Source of the DNA: Lama glama
Taxonomy: Eukaryota
DNA length: 64,000 nucleotides
Reading direction: 5' to 3'
Assembly (NCBI GenBank): GCA_028534125.1
Contig: CM052817.1
Coordinates: 11,844,001 to 11,908,000, forward strand
In this document: positions 13,960 through 25,695 of the stretch, piece after piece
Layout of the letters: each line of letters starts with the position of its first letter
Position numbering within the stretch: the first letter of the stretch is position 1
Made by a program: the position numbers and the translations under genes
Notes under the pieces: generated by a model
What the model was told of the DNA's origin: nothing
Seen by the model: the letters and a program-made list of their open reading frames with translations, nothing else
Databases searched by the model: none

Positions 13960-14140
13960 GGGAATCTGACACTTAGCTCTTGTTTTTCTATTTTTTTATC
14001 TAGGTGACCTTGGTCCAATTGCATAATCTTCATGGGCCTCAATTTCTTTACCTGTGCAATGGGATAGGCAAACAAGGCCATCTTCACAGGATTGTTATGG
14101 GGGGGTGAAGGGCCATACCTGGCCTGAAGGGCTCTCAGTG
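13960..14140 (+). mobile_element. MIR SINE
   Basis: gtgaccttgg…gggcctcaatttctttacctgtgcaatggg…cacaggattgttatg. Confidence 0.65.
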
Positions 14141-14657
14141 AATGTTTCCTTTTATCTTCCCTTCCTCTGTTTAGCATACCTCTTCAACTAGGAAGAAGAT
14201 CATTTAATTAGTGAGACTCCAAATACTCATAACTCCTCTGAAATGTGTTTTTGTCAGAGTAAATTGAGGGCTTACCCTGTTTCACATAGAGGCATTTGTC
14301 TTTGAAATGAGGACTGTATTTTGGCTGGTGCATCTCAACTCTTAGAAAATGGTTGTATTTACCAGGGATGTGAGGCTTCCCAGAGGTTAGTGGTGCTTTA
14401 ATATTAGGAGATGTTAATGTTTTGTGAGGTCAAAGCAGCAAAAGGTGGGTATCTCTGTCTTATCCCTTAGTTTTTAGGGAACTGAACGAAACACTGAAGC
14501 TACTTCTTGAATTCTTAGACAGATGTTTCATGGCAAAACAAGATGTCATTTATTTGAATACACTCTTACCCCACTTAGAGATGTAGGCTTATAATGCTTA
14601 AATCTCCATCAAAAAGGGAGAATGAATTTACATATTAAATGTAGAGAGAATATAATA

Positions 14658-15308
14658 CAGCAGTTCCCTCTTATCCATGGGAATGCATTTCTAAAACCCC
14701 CAGTGGATTCCTGAAGCCACAAACAGTACGAAGCCACATATATATGCTATGTTTTTTCCTATACATACGTACCTAAGATAATGTTGAATTTATGTATTTG
14801 GCACAGTAAGAGATTAACAACAATTACTACTAATAAAATAGAACAATAAACTAATAAAACATATGTGAATGTGGTCTCTCTGTGTCAAAGTATCTTACTG
14901 TACTCTACTCACACTTTTCTTCTTGCAGTGACATGAAGTGATGCAATACCTAAGTGATGAGATGAAGTGAGGTGCATGATACAGGCACTGTGACACAGCA
15001 TTAGGTTACCACTAAGCTTCTGACACAGGGTCAGAAGAACGATCAACTACTTTGGGTGACTCTGAATCATCCAGAAATGATGATGCTGATGGTCGGATGT
15101 AAGGAGCAGATAATGTTAATGGTTGGGGATCCCAGGCTGGATGGAACTGGATGGCTCAAGATTTTCATCCTGCAACTCAGAATGGCACCCAATATAAAAC
15201 TTACGATTTATTTATTTTTGGAATTTTCCATATAATATTTTTGGACCATGGTTGATTGCCAATGACTATAATGACCAAAAGCAAAACCACAGATAAGGGG
15301 GACTACTG
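14658..15308 (-). mobile_element. MER44-family (Tigger7-derived, Tc1/mariner-pogo) DNA transposon, complete with TIRs
   Basis: TIRs cagcagttccctcttatcc and (rev. comp.) cagtagtcccccttatctg. TA target duplication at 14656-57 and 15309-10. Internal ggtccaaaaaatattatatggaaaattcc (minus) matches MER44. Confidence 0.9.
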
Positions 15309-15559
15309 TAATTTAGTATTGGTGGAAAGAGCTTTATCAGAAATCAGGAGTCATGTAAGCCTTGGTTTCTGCCACAAAACTAGCTCTGCAGCTTGGGGCA
15401 TATGGGTCGTGGAGCCGCTCTGGGCTTCAGGTTTATGCCCTGACTGACATTTTAGGTTTAAATGATTCTTCAGGGGTTGAATTTCCATGTATATTTGTAT
15501 AGCACTTTTTAGAGATTTATTTTCGATACTGTTAGCGATTTCCCATATGTATTTTCTCT

Positions 15560-15900
15560 ACCTGGATCCTCTTCCCCTAGATACCCACAAAGGTTACCTC
15601 TTCACCTCCTTCAAGACTTTGTTGATGTCACCTTAGTGAGTTCTCTCCTGAACCCTCTTTGAAAATTGCAACTCCACCTCTTTCGTCACTCACCACTTCC
15701 CTTCCCTGCTTGTGTTTCTTCATGACACTTAACTGCCTTACAGTATACTTCACAATTTTCTTCTTTACTATGTTTATGGTCTGTCTCTCCAGCCTAGAGT
15801 GTTAACTTCAAGATGGCACACTTCTGACGTTTTGGTTTCCACCTGCAATAAATCAGATACATAGCAGGGACTTACTATTTGTCGAGTGAATGAATGAAAC
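15560..15900 (+). mobile_element. L2 3' end
   Basis: cacctccttcaagactttg…tgtctctcc…ctagagtg…gagtgaatgaatgaa tail. Confidence 0.75.
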
Positions 15901-16239
15901 AGTGTATTCGCTCCTTGGGTTCTCAGATAATCTATGATAATGCTACAATTATAAATTTAAATTATAAATCTAATTTGTCGGTTTGAGTGAGTGAGTACTT
16001 ATTTACAATTCAGAAAAAAGGGTATATGAGGGAAACCAAAAGGCACGTGTTCTATTCCTAGTTTTGCTCTCAATCCGCTGTAGAGGTTTACCAGAAATTA
16101 TTTAATAAATTCCCTACTTTAGAGCATTTTGATTGTTTACAAATTTCAAGGGTGCCTTAGTTCTTAAGGGTGTGTTTTAACTCTGTGGAAATCCTTGAAG
16201 GCAGTGATCTTGTCCTGTTTATTCTTTTTATCCTGTGTA

Positions 16240-16360
16240 GTAAATATTAAAATACCTTTTTGACAGATGAGAAAACTGAAGCTCTGAGGAATCAAGGAAT
16301 TTGCCAATAGCTCATACAGTTGGAAACAGCTGAACTGAACACTAAACCCAAGCATAACTG
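16240..16360 (-). mobile_element. MIR SINE
   Basis: tttttgacagatgagaaaactgaagctctgagg…atttgccaa. Confidence 0.7.
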
Positions 16361-17039
16361 CAAATTCTGTTACTTCAGTTCCATCTGCATTCGATGGGTG
16401 AACAGAAAATATTTTCCCCCTAACTCTGTCTTTTTAATATGATTTTTAATACTATTTCAGCACTAAGGCTACCTGGGCTGCGCCCACCTTTCTGAGGCCA
16501 GGTTTAATTTCCAGGCTTGTTCAGCCTCAGCAAAGGCAGGGGTGTGATAGAGGGCTAGGTTCAGGGAGCAGTGAGCCATGTCTTGTGTGTAGGTTATAGT
16601 GGAGTGCCGGGAGCTCAACCTGCAGCTGTAGTTTGGACATGTAGAAATCTCTGGAAGATTATGCTTGCAGTGTTTGTAAGCTGACCTCCTGGATAAGGGG
16701 CATGAATAGTCTATTAATTTACATGTGGAGTTCTAATGGGCAATCCAATTAGGCAGGGCACCTAATTGTTGTGCTTTGAGACACTCAGATCACCAGAGTA
16801 CTGGAAGTGTTATTTCACTCACACACACTTACACAAACTCTGAGGCCTTGGACATGAATGCCTTTGTTGCATACTGATTAAATAAATACCTCTCCTTACA
16901 TTTCAAGGTTACCATTTATATATGTTGGGTTTGATGATCTTTTAACTAATTTTTTAACTGATCATAAAATTAAAAAAAAAACTTTAATTACTCTTATAAA
17001 TAGTGTCTTATTGGAAGACTAAATTTTTTTAGCCAAGTA

Positions 17040-17180
17040 GACTTGGTCAACTTGCTTAGTGCCTTTGAGTCCCAGATTTCTCCTGTGGAAAATGGAGATA
17101 ATATGCCTATGAGTAAATGAAAAAAATAAATGCACATAAATGCTGACTAATAAAAGGCACTCCAGTAATATCATTATTGG
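17040..17180 (+). mobile_element. MIR SINE
   Basis: acttggtcaacttgcttag…tttctcctgtggaaaatggagataata. Confidence 0.55.
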
Positions 17181-17342
17181 TGTTATTTCAGTAGAAGGCC
17201 TCTTGTGCTGTGATATCAGGACTAGAAGGAGATGGCTTATTGGTTTATTGGTATATTCATTCATTATTCATCCATTCAACATTTATTTGTTGACTATTTT
17301 CTGTGTGCCAACTTCATTGACCTTGTGCTCTGTGAGGAGACA

Positions 17343-17858
17343 TGTATTAATTTTCAATAGTTGCTGAAGCAAATTATCACAGCCTCAGTAGTTTAAAATA
17401 ACACAAGTTTTTTAGCTTACAATAACATGTTTATTACCTTGTGATCTGTCAGTCCTAAGTCCACAGTGGGAATCACGGGCCAAAGTCAGGATGCAGCAGG
17501 GCTACATTACTCCCTAGTAGCTCTGAGGAAGAGTCCACTTCCATGTCTGTTCCGTCTTCTAGAGGCTGCTCCCATCCCTCGGCTCATGGCCCATTTCCAT
17601 CTCCCAGCCCAGCAATGACATGTCTTTCTGGCTTTTCTTCCATTGGCACATCTTTGATGCTGACCTCAGTCAGAAAAGGTTCTTCTTTTAAGGCCTCAGA
17701 AGTTTAAGGTAGGCCCACCTGGATACTCTCCCCATCTCAAGGTCTTTAACTTGAATCATACCTGTGAAGTTCCTTTTCCATGTAAGGTAACACATAGTCA
17801 CAGCTTCCAGGAATTAGGATATGGACCTCCTTGGGGGAGCGTTTTTCTGACTACCACA
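17343..17858 (-). mobile_element. MaLR solo LTR (MLT1C/D-like) inserted in an antisense L2
   Basis: TG…CA ends (tgtattaatttt…ctaccaca), with tccgtcttctagaggctgc and ccatgtaaggtaacacat…ttaggatatggacctccttggggg. L2 sequence (attcattca…) on both flanks, about 17255-18050. Confidence 0.85.
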
Positions 17859-18799
17859 GGAAACACACTGTGAGTAAAACAGCGTGAGCAAAGAAATGTG
17901 ACTGTGTAGGGTGAGTCCGATAAAGGTTAAGAACTAAAGTGAAGCCAGCTAAGGGGAATTCGGAGCTCCAGAGATGGGGAGGATTTCCGCTATGTGTGAA
18001 GTAGTCAGGTAAAGTCCTTACTGATAAGGTGACATTCGAGCAGACACTTGAATTTGTTTAAAGCAGAAAATTTTAAACAAGTGAACCTATACTTTTTATT
18101 AAATGTATAATGCATAAACTATATCTATTCACTAAACCTTTGATAAAGAGTTAAGCCAGACAGGACACTCATCAAGCATCATCTACAATTTCCCACTTAC
18201 TTTTCTTTCACATGGACCAAGAGCCTAAAGACACTGACCAAAACCATTTGAATTCATAATCTTGTGGATTTTGAAAATTTCTTACCAATATTTTATAGTT
18301 TTTTTAATGGCAGTTTTTTAGATGTTAACTTGCCTCTTTTTATACTCATACTTTATTATTTTATATAAATATTTTAGTAAATTACATAATTACAGTAACA
18401 GATACAACTGTAAATGGGGAGCAAGTACAATTGACTTCTGATAAGCATACCGTTCAAATGATGGGAGAAGTGTATGGGTGTAGTGAGGAGTGGGGGCACC
18501 GCAGGCCATGGCTCAGTTTATGGAGGAAATGGGTACTAGCATTGTTTTATCTAACGTCTTGTTTAAATGGTGGTCTTTTATAAAAGCTCCTATGGTATTA
18601 CTAACTAACTTGAATTCAGTCAGACATAATATCCTATAATGTCATCATTTAAAAATTATGATGAAATGGTTTAGTAAATATTAGAGTTAAGGAGAAGAGT
18701 TTTTGTAGTGTAAAGCTAGATGAAGCCACAGAACTGATTCGTTCAATATTTATTCCAAGAGACATTCTATTGAAGTGGTTTGGATGATGCCCAGTATGG

Positions 18800-19020
18800 C
18801 TAAATAGCTAGATGAATACCCTGGCTTTCACACTGAATCACTGAGCTCTGCACAAGTCACTTGCTGTCTTTTCCTCAATTTTCTTACCTGGAAATTGGGA
18901 ATAACAGTAGAGTCTATCTCACAGGGTTGTAATGAATCTCAAGTGGGTTAATTCCTTTAAAGAGCTTAGAGAAGTACATGGCGCGTAGTAATCCAGCGCT
19001 AAGTGTTAGCTATTATTATT
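18800..19020 (+). mobile_element. MIR SINE, 3' end intact
   Basis: cctcaattttcttacctggaaattgggaataacagta…agagcttagagaagtacatggc…aagtgttagctattatt. Confidence 0.8.
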
Positions 19021-19399
19021 AAGTAAACTGACATTAAAAATATTATTGGATGTATGGAACTGTGAAAAAATACCGTGAACATAGAGACCAGACAAAAAGA
19101 TCTGTCTCCTGAGTTCATTTATAGTCGAGTGCTCTGCTTGTAATTGAGATCTTGTGGATGTTACAGAGCATGAAAATCATCCGAGAAGTTCCAGGAAAAT
19201 AACAGACATTGTCCACTTGAGAGTATGGTTTGATAAGAGTTGAAGAGGGTATAAGCAACATTACTTTTAACAAGCATTCCAGATGGTCAGAGGGCTACTC
19301 TTGAGAAACACTGATTGAAGCATCCATAGACTAAAGTTGAACGCTTCGACATCATGTTCATTTTACATGAATACATATTTCCATTCTCTGTGGGATGTG

Positions 19400-20270
19400 G
19401 TTACTAGTGGCAGCTGAAAGTCCTCAGTATAACTGGAAAAAATTTAAAAAATGATTTAAGTTAAAGAGAAAAACTTTAAAGACACCAGAGACTTAGAGGA
19501 AGAACTGAGAAATTAATGAATCAAAATTCCAGAGGGGGATAAATATTCCAAGGTGAGATGACCTGTTTTTCTCTTGGAGTATTTGCAGTTCTGGATGTGT
19601 GATGAGGACCAGTCTGCCCAGGCAGCATTTGCTGGGGAAAGAGGAGCTAGTCTAGATTTTAGGGTCATGCAGGGCAGAGGTGGTGAACTGGGGCCCGGGA
19701 CATCTACTGAATTGTGAGACCCTGTGGATGGCTGGAGGAGTGGGGCATGAAGGTAACGTCAGATTTTATAAAGGCAGAAAAGAATTTTCCATAACATTGC
19801 AGGACTTAGGAGCCTGCCTCAAATATATAAATGGTCTCCCAACAGGGACTGCTAGGTAAGAAGGATAAAATCTCTAGAGTGCAGAATTATTTCTTCTACA
19901 GGTTTTTTTTTTCTTTTTAAGAGAGAGAGAGAAAGAATGAGAATTATCAAAAAGAGTAAAAAAACATTTTAACATAGAAAGATTAAAATTAAGATGATGA
20001 GAAAAGATAGAACATGTAAACACTATCAAAGGAAAGCTGATATAGTTATAAAATATTAAAATAAATTATAGGCAAGAAGCACTATTAGAGATAAGAATAT
20101 TTCAAAATGAAAAGGGAGTCATTCTAACAGTATGATATGTGAGTTATAAATCTGTATACATCAGTAATAGAACTCTAAAATACACGAGGCCAAAGTTAAT
20201 AGAAAAGAATAGAGAAACCAATCATAACTGAGATTTTAACACACGTATCTCAGTAGTTGATTTAAGACAA
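19400..20270 (+). mobile_element. Very old L1M fragments (5' region and endonuclease region)
   Basis: 19970-20260 aaacactatcaaaggaaagctgatatagttata…ttagagataag…aaatctgtatacatcagtaatag…gagattttaacaca resembles the ORF2 N-terminus; the 5' part is less certain. Confidence 0.55.
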
Positions 20271-23200
20271 CAAACATCCAAACACTGGTTTGCTTTTAGT
20301 TTTCAGTGTGGAACGATCTGTTCCATGGTCACTCAGATTCTTGTTAAATACTTTTTTATGAGCCTCACTACTTTTTGAGGTAGTCCAATCCATGTCCAGA
20401 GAGCTCTGATCTAACTAGTGACTCAGGCAGTAATAACTGTAATTTCTGGAAGTGAAAGCACACAGCAATAATATATGTTCTGCCTGAGAATATCCAGTCA
20501 CTTAGTGTCAGATCTGGGTTATAAATCCTGGTCTCAAGATTTGTAATTCAATTAAATTTTTTGAAATAAATGATAAATTTTATCTGAGTGTATGAAAAAC
20601 CCCTTGAAGGTGGGGACTTTCTCTTGCCCTTTTACAATATATATATTTAGAAAACTCACACATCACAGAACACGCTGGTGTTGGAGGTAAAGGAATAACA
20701 GGTCAAAACCCACTGCCCCTGTACCCAGGGGGAGTTCACAGCACTGTCCACTCACTGTGTGGTTGAGAAGAAACCCACTCAAAGTCTCTGAGCCTAGCTT
20801 TTCTTAACTTAAATATGGATAATTCGTGGTGAATTTTATTCTGAGGCTAAAAAGCTATGCTATATTTGAAGCTCTGTTATGGTACAGGAATATAATGTGT
20901 ATTAAATACATACTGCTTGATAAATACTTAATTTTTAATTAAGAGGCCTCTGAAGAGTTAGTGATTTAATTATTAAATAAAAAAGGCTTTGAAACCCTTC
21001 AGTGAGGAAGACTGTACCAGCCTATGTATCAAGTCAAACTAGACTAACAGTAAATTCAACGCTATTATTGTTTGTTAGAGAAGAACAAGTTTCATAGCAG
21101 TCGCCCCTTATAAACACAACACACTTAATATCTAAATGGTTTTTAGGCTGACCTTTATTCATTTATTTTTTAATGCTGTGAAATTTCTTCTTTCTTTTCC
21201 AAGTTTGAGTGGCTTATGATGAAACCGTTAATAAATATTTCCCTCTGTTGGAGTGATTTTTCAGCCCTTCCTGTCCAGAAAGCAGAGACCAATATGATAA
21301 TAAGAGGGAACACAAACATATTCTCTCTCTGCGATATCTCTCTGGTCATAGGACAGGCTCATTAATGTTGTCATGGCAACCATCCCCTCACAGGTTACAT
21401 GCTTGTAAGCTTCTACGAAGATGCAAATCTAGTTTAAACAAAGCAAGCTTACTCTAAAATGGCATGTCAACTTTCAAGGGGGAGGGCAGTGCTCCCAAGG
21501 ATTTTATTTTTTTCCGTGTTCAACATACTACTTAAAGAGCGTACTTCCTTGCATTGTCTTACACGATAATTTTTATTTTATCCAGAAGAGAAAAGATAAA
21601 TAAAAAAGGAATCTAAATAAAAGCTCTCCTTTCACATTTATTTGCTTTCTGGTACCACTTGTCTTATCATCCCTTAATGAGACAATGCAGATTGAAATGT
21701 CCAGAAGTCAGTCAAAACAATATTCAACATGAACTCACAATTGAAGCCTTCTTCTCATCTTGGATCCATCCTTATTTTCTTGCCCATACAGTGTCAATGC
21801 TGACTACAGTGCTATTATGAGCATTATAGTCCCCAAAGTGGGGGAGTTGGGATGAGAAACCTACTCTGAGTCAGTTCCTTGGTGTTGGAAGTGGATCCTC
21901 TCCCTTCCAATCTGTACATCTTTGGCCTTGGCCCATAAAAGATAATGCAGCTGCTCCCTGTCCTCTTGTCCTCATAGTAGAGTATTGAAGTGACCATTTT
22001 ACTTTTTTTTTTCCCACAGAGAAGAGAAACAGCTAATTCCCAGTCTTCACTGGGACTGTCTCCCTGGTGGGTGCCAATGATGTGACTCTAAAGCCAGAGC
22101 CACACCTCACACTTCCCTTTCCATTTCTCTCACCAAGGTGAGGTGTGGAAGGCATGCTGTCTGTCTTTCCTGCTCCTTCACTTCCTCTCTCCAGGTGTAG
22201 CAGATTCTTCTCCATCTCATTCCTGTCCTTATTTAGTCCATTCAGTGTTCCCAGGTGAATGCTTATACCTAGCTAGTTTCTTCTGTCTCAGGTATGGCAG
22301 AATGTGTAAGGCAGGCCTGTGTTCTTCATCTGTGCAGCTGACTGGGTATGGAACCTGCTCTGAAAGCATGAGATTTGGGTCAAAAGGAGGAAGTCTCACT
22401 TTGGCATCAAGATGAAGCCGTACTCTTGAACATAGAGTAATAAACTAGAGAGCCAACAAATATTTGATTGCCTATTAAGTGACAGACAATGTTCTAGGCA
22501 TAGGGAGTACCCTAGTTAGTAGACAGCCCTTGCTCTCAAAGAACTTGTATGCTAGTCAAGGGAGAAATGAACATGCAAATTTAAAACAATAGTTAAATTT
22601 CAGAGAGTTCCGGTCAAGATGGCAGAGTGGTAGGACCACGAGCTTGCCTCTGCTCGCGACTACAATGAAACCACAACTGAATGCTAAACAACCGTTGAAA
22701 AAAGACTGGAACCTAGCAAAAAAGATCTTCTGCAACTGGAAACAGAAAGAGGGAACCACAGCAGGGTGGTAGGAGGGATGTGCTCATGATATAATTGGGC
22801 CCCATACCCTCCAGGTGGGCGACCCACAAGCCGAAGGTTTGTTAAGTTGCAGAGGCCCTTCTACAGGAGTGAGAGCTCTAAGCCCCATGTCAGGCTCCCC
22901 AGCTCGGGTCCTGAAATTGAGAAGAGAAGGAGACCCCAGGACGTCTGGTTTTGAAGGCCAGGGGAGCTTGGCTTCAGCAGCCCCATGGGACTCGGGGAAA
23001 CAGAGACTCCATTCGCTTGAGAAGTGTACATGTAAACTCATGTGCACTGGGCCCAAGGGCAGAGGCAGTGATTTCATAGGAACCAGGGCCAGACCTGCCT
23101 GCTAGATTTGGAGGATCTTCTGGGGACATGGGAGATGGCTGTGACTCACTCAGGGGACATAAAAGCTGGTGGCAGACATTCTGAGAGTGTTAATCTACAT

Positions 23201-23542
23201 GAGCTTTCCTGGAGGCTGACATCTTGATTGGATCATTAGCACCGAGACCTAGCCCCACCCAACCGCCTGTAGGGAAGCCTCAGGCCAAACAACATACAGG
23301 GTTGGAACACGGCCACACCCATCATCAGACTTCCTAAGCCACAAAGGTCTCTAGACACAGCCCTACTCACCAGAGGTCCAGGACCAAGCTTCACCCAGCA
23401 GTGGGCACTGGCTCCTCCTGCCAGGAAACCTGCGTAAGCCTCTAGTCCAGCCTCATCCACCAGGGGCAGATACTAGAAATAAGAAAATGATAGTCCCAAA
23501 GCCTGTGGAATGAATCCACAAACACATAGAAAGATAGACGAT

Positions 23543-24423
23543 ATGAGTCGGCAAAGGAATATCTCCCAGGCCAATGCACGAGATAAAATCCCGGAAGAAG
23601 AAATAAGTGATGAGATAGGTAGTTTATCTGAGAAAGAGTTTAAAGTAATAATGGCCAAGATGTTTAGAGAACTCAAGAGGAGTACAGATGCACAGAGTGA
23701 AGTTTTTAGCAAAGAGTTGGAAAATATAAAGAATACCCAAACAGAGTTTAAGAATAAAATCACTGAAATGAACAATACAGTAGAAGGAACCAAGAATAGA
23801 CTAAAGGAGGCAGAAGAACGGATCAGTGAGCTGAAAGACAGATTAGTGGAACTCACTACTTCAGAAGAGAAAAAAGAAAAAAAAGAATAAAAAGGAATGA
23901 GGATAGTTTAAGAGAACTCTGGGACAACATGAAGTGCTCTAATATTCACATTATAGGGGTCCCAGAAAGAGAAGAGAGAAAGGACCTGAGAAAATTTTTA
24001 GAGAGATAATAAACAAAAACTTCCCCAACTTGGGAAAGGAAATAGTCACCCAAGTCCAGGAACTGCAGAGAGTACCAGACAGAATCAACCCAAAGAGGAA
24101 CACACCAAGGCACATAATCATCACATTGACAACAATTAAAGACAAGGAGAAAATATTAAAATTAGCAAGAGAAAAGCAACGAATAACATACAAGGGAACT
24201 CCCATAAGGTTATCAGCTGATTTTTCAGCAGAAACTCAACAGGCCAGAATTGTTATCTTTAAAGTGATACAAGGGGGAAACTTACAACCAGGAATACTGT
24301 ATCCAGCAAGGCTCTCATTCAGACTTGATGGAGAAATCAAAAGCTTCACAGATAAACAAAAAGCTAAAAGATTTCAGCACCACCAAGCCAGCTTTACAAC
24401 AAATGTTAAAGGGCCTTCTCTAG
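23543..24423 (+). pseudogene. LINE-1 ORF1p (coiled-coil/RRM/CTD), frameshifted
   Basis: ORFs MSRQRNISQ…EKEFKVIM…RLKEAEERISELKDR and RINPKRNTPRHII…KEKILKLAREKQRITYKGTPIRLSADFSAET…ILYPARLSF…EIKSFTDKQ; ends ttaaagggccttctctag (LKGLL*). At least two frameshifts. Confidence 0.92.
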
Positions 24424-24496
24424 TCATCAAACCATAAGAAAAGAGAACAAAAAGAAAAAAAGAGGAAAACAAAAAAGAGAGAGAGACCTACAAAAG

Positions 24497-24775
24497 ATTG
24501 TTTTGGCTGTTCAGGATCTTTTGTGGTTCCTTATAAATTTTGGAATTGTTCTAGTTCTGTGAGGAATGTCTCAAGTATTTTGATGGGGGTTGGGTTGGAT
24601 CTGTGGGTTGCTTTGGGTAGTGCAGCCATTTTGATAGTGTTGATTCTTCCAATCCAAGAGCACAAGAAATCTTTCCATCTCTTTGTGTCATTTCGGTTTT
24701 CAGAGTATAGGTAACTTCCTTGGTTAAGTTTATTTCTAGGTGTTTTGTTGTTTTTGATGTAATGGAAATGTCTCC
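24497..24775 (-). mobile_element. Inverted L1 ORF2 fragment (post-RT region)
   Basis: Minus ORF contains WKDFLCSWIGRINTIKMAALPKA…PIKI…FLTELE, the conserved WKDIPCSWIGRINIVKM segment. Confidence 0.9.
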
Positions 24776-24835
24776 ACCAGTTATAAAATTCTGGTTTTTG
24801 AAGTGAAAAAAAAAAAGGTGAATGAAGGGCCACAA

Positions 24836-24876
24836 ATGGCAAAATATCCTTCTTTTTTATGGGTGAGTTATATTCC

Positions 24877-24921
<45 letters not shown>

Positions 24922-25045
24922 ATATATATATATATACTGCACCTCCATTATCTATTCAACTATTGATGTGCACTTAGGATGCTTCTATCTTGGCAATTAT
25001 AAATAATGTTGCTGTTAATAGCAAGGTGTATGTATCTTTTTGAGT
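24836..25045 (-). mobile_element. Inverted L1 ORF2 C-terminal fragment with embedded (CA)n(TA)n
   Basis: Minus strand MEYNSPIKKKDILPF (cf. MEYYSAIKKNEILPF); microsatellite at 24880-24935. Confidence 0.85.
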
Positions 25046-25180
25046 TAATTCTTATTTTGTGGTTGGCTTCATTCCTTTGATAACTATGTAAGTTTAAAAA
25101 GCTAAAGCTCTAAATGTTCTTAGAAACAATGAACAGTACATATATGCAAGTTAAAAAAATATGTGCAGTGAAAAAAAAAA

Positions 25181-25695
25181 GATCTTTCAAGCCATGAAAG
25201 ACATAGAAGAAACCTAAAAAGACATATTACTAAATGAAAGAAACCAGTTTGAAAAGGCTATAAACTGTACGATTCCAAACCAAATGACATTCTGGAAAAG
25301 GCACAGCTACAGAAACGATAAAAAGATGATGTTTCCAGGGGTTTAGGGAGAGGAAGGGAGGAATGAACAGATGGAGCACAAGGGATTTTTAGGGCAATGA
25401 AAGTATTCTGTATGATATTATAGTGGTGGCTGTGTGTCATTATACATTTGTCAAAACCCATAGAGTGTACAATATCAAGAGTGAACCCTAAGGTAAACTA
25501 TGGACTTTGGTTGATAATAATGTGCCCATATTGGTTCATCGATTGTAGCAAATATGCCACACTGATGAGGGATGTTGAGGGTAGGGGATTATATATGTGT
25601 GGGTGGGGAGGGCTATGTGGGAACTCTGTATCTACTGCTCAGTTCTTTGTGAACCTGAAACTGCTCTAAAAAAATAAAACCTATCAAAAAAAATT
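25181..25695 (+). mobile_element. L1MC-like 3' UTR end
   Basis: tcaagccatgaaagacatag…tatacatttgtcaaaacccatagagtgtacaa…gtaaactatggactttgg…gaacctgaaactgctctaaaaaaataaa. Confidence 0.85.

Noticed and set aside
22556..23856. Antisense ORFs over the L1 5'UTR and ORF1
   Set aside because: Shadow frames of L1 sequence with no recognisable protein; no support for an ORF0-like gene.
23510..24437. ORF1 as a functional or domesticated gene
   Set aside because: Frameshifts and a stop at 23888-23890 split it; no evidence of an intact frame.
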